Assembly (NCBI GenBank): GCA_013001685.1
Contig: JABDMD010000001.1
Span: 10,101-74,100 of the forward strand
Reading direction: 5' to 3'
DNA from: Gammaproteobacteria bacterium
GTDB lineage: Bacteria > Pseudomonadota > Gammaproteobacteria > UBA4575
Length of the DNA stretch: 64,000 nucleotides
Position 1 is the stretch's first letter. Every line of letters begins with the position of its first letter. The translations under genes were made by a program, and so were the position numbers. Under the pieces are notes generated by a model that was not told the DNA's origin, ran no database searches, and was given only the letters and a program-made list of their open reading frames with translations. Of the stretch, positions 58,805 to 64,000 are shown in pieces.

Positions 58805-59161
58805 TTACGATGTAGCAATAAATTTGCTACTTAGAATGCGAAACACAATTAGAGCGACCATTATCCCCAGTAAATCCGCTGCAAAATCATACATACTGAA
58901 AACTCGTCTAGGCACATAAAGCTGCAAGACTTCAATTGCTAGACCAAATAAAGCCATCACCAACGCGGTAGTAAAAAACGGCTTGCTAAATTTATACGCA
59001 AATAACAGCAAAATTGATAATACGCAAAATGTACCGAAATGAGCAAGCTTGTCTAAATGTTGTATTGAATTGCTCACAGAACCTGGTATCGATGACAGAA
59101 CCAAAACCGCTATAACTAAAACCCAAAATATCAGCTTTATATATTTTTGTTTTATCAGCAT
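58805..59161 (-). CDS. VanZ-like family membrane protein
   Basis: 118 aa, 4 TM, with the DK(L/F)AH motif in the first loop. Confidence 0.55.
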   Translation of the reverse strand: MLIKQKYIKLIFWVLVIAVLVLSSIPGSVSNSIQHLDKLAHFGTFCVLSILLLFAYKFSKPFFTTALVMALFGLAIEVLQLYVPRRVFSMYDFAADLLGIMVALIVFRILSSKFIATS

Positions 59162-59281
59162 AGCTATTATTATTTTACTTTAACCAGGTATTTTTTTAGA
59201 CCGAACATGTATGAGATGGTTTCAATAATCAAGGCAAGCCCTAGTTCGCTCCACGAACTGCCATACTAAGCTCCTTAAACC

Positions 59282-60463
59282 ATGAAAACCAAACATAAAT
59301 TCTTATCTGTAATTGGTACTGTCTTCATAGCTGTTACGGCAATCGTTTTTACCTGGCTACCAACTTATATAGAAAAATCGAGGAATCGAGTATTGCCAAG
59401 TCAGAATGTAGAGATTTCCACCACAACAAAAAAACTACATCAATCATTATTTATTGCCGATTTACATAGCGATTCACTATTATGGAATCGTGATTTAGCC
59501 AAAAAATCAGACTACGGACATGTAGATATCCCGCGATTGATCGAAGGCAACGTTGGATTACAAGTTTTTTCAGTTGTCACTAAGACCCCGAAGAATCTTA
59601 ATTTAATTACCAACTCAGATGATACGGATAACATCACCTTGCTCACCATGGCTCAGTTATGGCCCGTTAAGACTTGGTTTAATTTGTTTGAGAGAGCAAT
59701 TTACCAAGCAAAAAAATTACACCGCGTGACCAATGATTCCTCTCATAACTTTTTCTTAGTCAGAAACCAACAAGATTTCAAAATCTATTTACAAAAGCGT
59801 AAAAATAATCCACAAATCACTGCAGGCTTACTTAGTCTTGAAGGCGCACACGCTCTGGAAGGAAAAATTGAAAATGTAGATCGCTTATATGAAGCAGGCT
59901 TCAGAATTATCGGCTTTACACACTTTTTTGATAATGCTCTTGGAGGCTCAGCACATGGAATTAATAAAGGCGGCATCACGGAGTTTGGCAAACAAGTACT
60001 AAAGCGTATGCATGAATTAGAAATGTTCGCCGACATATCTCACGCCTCACCTGCCTTAACAGAAGATATATTTATTCACAGCAAGCGCCCTGTATTAGCT
60101 ACGCATATTGGTGTGCAAGCAGTGTGTGAATCAAAATCTAAAAGAAACTTAACCGATAAACAGATTAAGCAAATTGCCGATTCTGGTGGATTAATTGGGA
60201 TCGGTTTTTGGCCTACTGTAACTTGCAATAGAAGTATTACAGGCATTGTTGAATCAATTCGCTATGTTAATGATTTAGTAGGTGTCGATTATGTTGGGCT
60301 AGGATCCGATTTCGATGGCAATGTTCAAGTACCCTTCACTTCTTCAAGCATTGAACAATTAACGCATGCGCTTACTCAAGCAGACTTTAGCAAGCAACAA
60401 ATCAGAAAAATTATGGGTGGTAATCTGCAAAGAATTTTTACAGAGTACCTGCCTAGTAATTAA
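59282..60463 (+). CDS. membrane dipeptidase (peptidase family M19)
   Basis: N-terminal TM anchor and M19 signatures (ADLHSD, GLGSDFDG). Confidence 0.75.
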   Translation: MKTKHKFLSVIGTVFIAVTAIVFTWLPTYIEKSRNRVLPSQNVEISTTTKKLHQSLFIADLHSDSLLWNRDLAKKSDYGHVDIPRLIEGNVGLQVFSVVTKTPKNLNLITNSDDTDNITLLTMAQLWPVKTWFNLFERAIYQAKKLHRVTNDSSHNFFLVRNQQDFKIYLQKRKNNPQITAGLLSLEGAHALEGKIENVDRLYEAGFRIIGFTHFFDNALGGSAHGINKGGITEFGKQVLKRMHELEMFADISHASPALTEDIFIHSKRPVLATHIGVQAVCESKSKRNLTDKQIKQIADSGGLIGIGFWPTVTCNRSITGIVESIRYVNDLVGVDYVGLGSDFDGNVQVPFTSSSIEQLTHALTQADFSKQQIRKIMGGNLQRIFTEYLPSN

Positions 60464-60472
60464 ACACAGACA

Positions 60473-61231
60473 CTAAAGCTGTAAAAGCGGTTTTAGCGTT
60501 TTATTACGAATGCTAAATAGCAGTTTTTTGCTCCAGATGCTGATATACATTCTTTTAATTAATCGCATCTTTTCAAATAGAGTTTGTGGTGGGCGTTTTG
60601 CGTCTTTTAAAACATACCAACAATTTTGTCTTGTTCTTTTTACAAGCCTGTATCCATTCTTTTTTAGATAACGATGCTTATCAAGATAAAGATGTTTATC
60701 TTCTAAAAGAATCAATTTTGGTTTATATTTATTTAAGTTTGTTCCTCGCAGCACATCTAGCTCTGCACCTTCAACATCTATTGATAATAAATCTAGATTG
60801 CCAACGCTTTCTTCTTCCAAAATGGAATCTAAGGTACGTGCTCGAACCTTAATTTCTTTATGTTGGGTAAATTTACTACCATCAATATTCTTCCCTATTG
60901 CTGATCTACAATGTATTTCATCATTGGAGTATTTGTCGCAAGGTATGAATAGTGTAAGTGATTCTGGCGCATTCTCATCCACACATACGCACTCATATGT
61001 TTTCGCATTTGGTCTAGTATTTCTACATTTTTCTGCAAGTTCAGGTATGGGTTCTACAAGTATTCCACTCCAATTTAAATTAGTTTCTAGATGCCATGAT
61101 TGTGAACCGTGATTGGTTGGGTCGTTCGCGCCGACCTCAACAAAGCAGCCATTTTCTTTATTTTCAAAATAATCCCTAATCAGAATATTTTCTGCAAGAG
61201 AACGAGCCTCCTTGTCACGAACTTTAGACAC
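60473..61231 (-). CDS. FkbM-family methyltransferase
   Basis: VEVGANDP...S.S..LE....W.GILVEP motif block. Confidence 0.65.
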   Translation of the reverse strand: MSKVRDKEARSLAENILIRDYFENKENGCFVEVGANDPTNHGSQSWHLETNLNWSGILVEPIPELAEKCRNTRPNAKTYECVCVDENAPESLTLFIPCDKYSNDEIHCRSAIGKNIDGSKFTQHKEIKVRARTLDSILEEESVGNLDLLSIDVEGAELDVLRGTNLNKYKPKLILLEDKHLYLDKHRYLKKNGYRLVKRTRQNCWYVLKDAKRPPQTLFEKMRLIKRMYISIWSKKLLFSIRNKTLKPLLQL

Positions 61232-61272
61232 TAAATTACTCGCAAATAAAAATCAGGCTAGATGGTAATGAA

Positions 61273-61662
61273 TTAATTCTTAACATCTTTTGTAGCAGAA
61301 AAATTTTTGTCTTGATAACGCTGATATACCATTTCAGTTGCTATATCTGACAGAAGTTTATTATGATTTTCAGAGCAACGCTTGATCACCAAATCCGTAA
61401 GCACATACAGATCTTCTCCCCAGGTGATGTCGTATACATCTTCGGATGTGAAATTAACTCCTGACATAAACCCAGACAGCCATACTGCTCCTAATTCTCT
61501 ATAATTTTCGTCTTTAGTTTTTACTGTAAATTCTTCACAGGTCATATTCCCCAAGCCGATGGCTTCCCAATAGCCCCCACCATACACATCCGCTAGTACT
61601 GCTGACTTAATAGCACTAGCAATCAATATAGTTACTAAAAGTGTTTTTATAGATTTATGCAT
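61273..61662 (-). CDS. secreted hypothetical protein
   Basis: Signal peptide; 129 aa; no family recognised. Confidence 0.4.
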   Translation of the reverse strand: MHKSIKTLLVTILIASAIKSAVLADVYGGGYWEAIGLGNMTCEEFTVKTKDENYRELGAVWLSGFMSGVNFTSEDVYDITWGEDLYVLTDLVIKRCSENHNKLLSDIATEMVYQRYQDKNFSATKDVKN

Positions 61663-61664
61663 AT

Positions 61665-61943
61665 TTATAAATTACACCAAAAAGGAGCGTTTTCACTTTT
61701 GCATTCTTCTTCTGATTCGATTAACACACCTTCTCGATACACACTAATTTTTTCCAGCAATGAGCCACCAAATAAAGATAGAGCAACGTAAATAATTCCA
61801 ATCACTAAAATAAAATATGAAATAATTTTGTGGCTGTATTTAAGAGAGATTACTTTCGCCCGATGCAATATAACTAATAAACCTGCAGAAACTGTCAATA
61901 CAAGGGCTATCAGTAGAAATATATTTGTCATCACAACTTCCAA
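61665..61943 (-). CDS. small membrane protein
   Basis: 92 aa, 2 TM. Confidence 0.35.
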   Translation of the reverse strand: MEVVMTNIFLLIALVLTVSAGLLVILHRAKVISLKYSHKIISYFILVIGIIYVALSLFGGSLLEKISVYREGVLIESEEECKSENAPFWCNL

Positions 61944-61958
61944 TCCAAAGTTTAGTCT

Positions 61959-62564
61959 CTATATTTGCAGCCTCGAAACATCACATTTCATTAAGTAGTT
62001 TGCGGAAAGATTCCTGGCTATAAAAAATGAATGTGCAGTTAAATCTATTTTCTTTTCTTTAGAAAAACCATAAGACTCGTACAATTTAATCGCTTCAATA
62101 TTATTCTCATATACGTGCAAGCTTAAACATTGCGTTCCATTTTGCAATGCTCTTTTAGAAGCATGATCAAGCAATAGTCTAGCCAACCCTTGTCGTCGAA
62201 ATTCAGTCGCAACCCCTAATGTGTTAATATACCAACTATTATCAATCTGATTATCTGAAAAATACTTCATCCATTGAATACGATCTTCACTGAGGACGCT
62301 TTGTATTTCTGAGGTTAATTGATTTGAATCTGAGTGATAGGAAAACACTAAGCCCACCATGTTATTTCCGTCTTTGGCTATATCTACATTCTTATAAGAA
62401 TAGTTTAGGTCTTCAGCCAACACTAATGCTAGATATTTAAGTGCGAATCGATCAGGTACAAGTGAATCTAACAAGTATTCGATGTGCCCATGGCCAACTG
62501 AATTAATCCAATTAGCAATCTGATCGCAATCTTGTAGATGACCAGTTTTAAATTGAATCGTCAT
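61959..62564 (-). CDS. GNAT-family N-acetyltransferase
   Basis: Acetyl-CoA-binding motif A (L.V...FRRQGLARLLL). Confidence 0.65.
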   Translation of the reverse strand: MTIQFKTGHLQDCDQIANWINSVGHGHIEYLLDSLVPDRFALKYLALVLAEDLNYSYKNVDIAKDGNNMVGLVFSYHSDSNQLTSEIQSVLSEDRIQWMKYFSDNQIDNSWYINTLGVATEFRRQGLARLLLDHASKRALQNGTQCLSLHVYENNIEAIKLYESYGFSKEKKIDLTAHSFFIARNLSANYLMKCDVSRLQI

Positions 62565-62663
62565 GATGAGAACCTTTTTGCAAATTAATTACAAATGACT
62601 CAAGCTTTTTTAATTAGATGATTTTGAATTTTGAAATGCATAAGCAAATATATTCAGCTGCAT

Positions 62664-62701
62664 TCCTTAAAAATAACACTGCCCACATTGAGTGGGCAGT
62701 G
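62664..62701 (-). terminator. Rho-independent terminator of rpsI
   Basis: Minus-strand reading: CACTGCCCA-loop-TGGGCAGTG followed by TTATTTTTAA. Confidence 0.7.
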
Positions 62702-62755
62702 ATTCAATAGATAACTTGCTAAATACTTGGAGCTTGAAGCAAGTAAATAATTATA

Positions 62756-63148
62756 TTAACGCTTAGAGTATTGCTCTTTCTTACGAGCTTTACGCAAGCC
62801 AACTTTTTTACGTTCAACTTCACGAGCATCACGGGTAAGAAAACCACTTTTGCGTAATGGTAAACGAAGCTCTTCGTTGTATTTCAATAATGCTCTTGCG
62901 ATTCCAAGACGAATTGCACCAGCTTGACCATTTGGACCACCACCTTTAACCATGATATTTAGATCAAAAACATCGGATGTTTCGGTAACTTCAAAAGGTT
63001 GACGAATAATCATACGCGAAGTTTTGCGACCAAAATAAACATCATCAGTACGCATATTAATTGTGATATTACCTGATCCCGGCTTCATATAAACACGAGC
63101 GGTTGAGCTCTTTCTTCTTCCGGTTCCGTAAAACTGTTCTAGTGCCAT
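62756..63148 (-). CDS. rpsI: 30S ribosomal protein S9
   Basis: 130 aa with the S9 C-terminus ...[17 protein letters not shown]. Confidence 0.9.
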   Translation of the reverse strand: MALEQFYGTGRRKSSTARVYMKPGSGNITINMRTDDVYFGRKTSRMIIRQPFEVTETSDVFDLNIMVKGGGPNGQAGAIRLGIARALLKYNEELRLPLRKSGFLTRDAREVERKKVGLRKARKKEQYSKR

Positions 63149-63159
63149 CTTCTTCTAAC

Positions 63160-63597
63160 CTATATATCTAATACTTGTGGCTGTTGTGCAGCGTGATTGT
63201 GATCGGGTCCAGCATAAACTTTTAGTTTTCGAAACATAGCTCGACCAAGAGGATTCTTTGGCAACATACCTTTAACAGCAGTTTCAAGCACGCGCTCTGG
63301 ATGTTTAGCCAACATTTCACCCAATGGAATCGACTTAAGATTACCTACATAGCCAGTATGTTTGTGATACATCTTGCCAGCAAGCTTATTGCCTGAAATA
63401 CGCACCTTTTCTGCATTGATTACAACAATACAATCGCCGGTATCTACGTGTGGTGTATAAATAGGTTTGTGCTTACCTTTTAGTCGTTTAGCAATCTCAC
63501 TCGCTAAGCGGCCAAGGGTCTTATCGGTAGCGTCCACTAGATACCAGTCTCTTTGAACTTCTGCTGGTTTGGCGCTTACAGTGCTGGTAGTTAACAT
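63160..63597 (-). CDS. rplM: 50S ribosomal protein L13
   Basis: L13 motifs and the rplM-rpsI operon order. Confidence 0.9.
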   Translation of the reverse strand: MLTTSTVSAKPAEVQRDWYLVDATDKTLGRLASEIAKRLKGKHKPIYTPHVDTGDCIVVINAEKVRISGNKLAGKMYHKHTGYVGNLKSIPLGEMLAKHPERVLETAVKGMLPKNPLGRAMFRKLKVYAGPDHNHAAQQPQVLDI

Positions 63598-63765
63598 CTT
63601 ATTTCTTCTGCTGTTATAACTTATTTATTCTTGAGATTTATATCTCGGGAAAGGCGCGAAATACTATCGAACAACGCCCACTCTTACAAGGAAATCGAGG
63701 CCAAGTTAGCTAACTATTTGGCTATATTCACCATATCTGGGCCATTCTCGTCTATTTCCTGGGGG

Positions 63766-63797
63766 CAAAAAAAAGCGCGGAAACTTGCGTACCGCGC
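63766..63797 (-). terminator. Rho-independent terminator (minus strand) upstream of the rplM promoter region
   Basis: Minus-strand reading: GCGCGGTACGCAAGTTTCCGCGC followed by a T8 run. Confidence 0.55.
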
Positions 63798-64000
63798 TTA
63801 AATCTATGTCTACTATAAAGTAGATGGAGGAGTTCTGAATGTTTAATAACTATCAGAATATGAGAATTTTCTAATATTCTTCTATTCTTGTCAACTAATA
63901 TTGCAGCTTAATGTTTCGATATATTGCGAAGTTGCCATTAGATGTATCTATCTTGAGATAAACAAGATGTTTTAGATTTTCAGCCTTTCAACAATTTCGC

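Overview
This 64-kb window is chromosomal core DNA from a low-GC gammaproteobacterium, roughly 37-40% GC judged by eye, with tight gene packing. Several E. coli/Pseudomonas-type syntenic blocks are present: mrdA-rodA-mltB-rlpA-dacA-(class IV aminotransferase)-ybeD-lipB-lipA; hppA; rhlE; an RND pump with its adaptor; lptD-surA-pdxA-[2 inserted genes]-rsmA-apaG-apaH-[1 inserted gene] / folA-thyA-lgt; a tpx / gcvH-like / PCuAC / tupBCA-like ABC transporter cluster; ubiI-ubiH-pepP-ygfB facing TIGR02449-like/zapA/6S RNA/EVE; ilvA-rpiA; and rpsI-rplM. A 6S RNA (ssrS) sits downstream of zapA and is absent from the ORF track. No transposase, integrase, CRISPR array, tRNA or rRNA was found. The most unusual locus is a histone H1-like protein, extremely lysine-rich, encoded almost entirely by tandem 27/39-bp repeats and preceded by a 440-bp ORF-free A/T-tract region. 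The window also carries several apparently disrupted or non-canonical reading frames: a formamidase/acetamidase N-terminal remnant fused to a terminator; a small secreted Cys protein split at a T7 run; an ORF with an in-frame amber; a cupin gene split at a C5/G5 homopolymer and flanked by ~32-bp direct repeats; and an HpcH-type aldolase whose conserved N-terminus runs in-frame up to the stop codon of the upstream DUF4399 gene with no canonical start codon. Together these suggest gene decay or reductive evolution, or homopolymer sequencing errors. Other accessory-looking content: an amgK-murU peptidoglycan-recycling pair next to a LemA/DUF2207/membrane-glutaredoxin module; small unknown membrane or secreted gene clusters at 45.6-47.8 kb and 60.5-62.6 kb; and insertions inside the conserved pdxA-rsmA and apaH-folA junctions. 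All functional calls rest on motif recognition and synteny from memory, without database searches.
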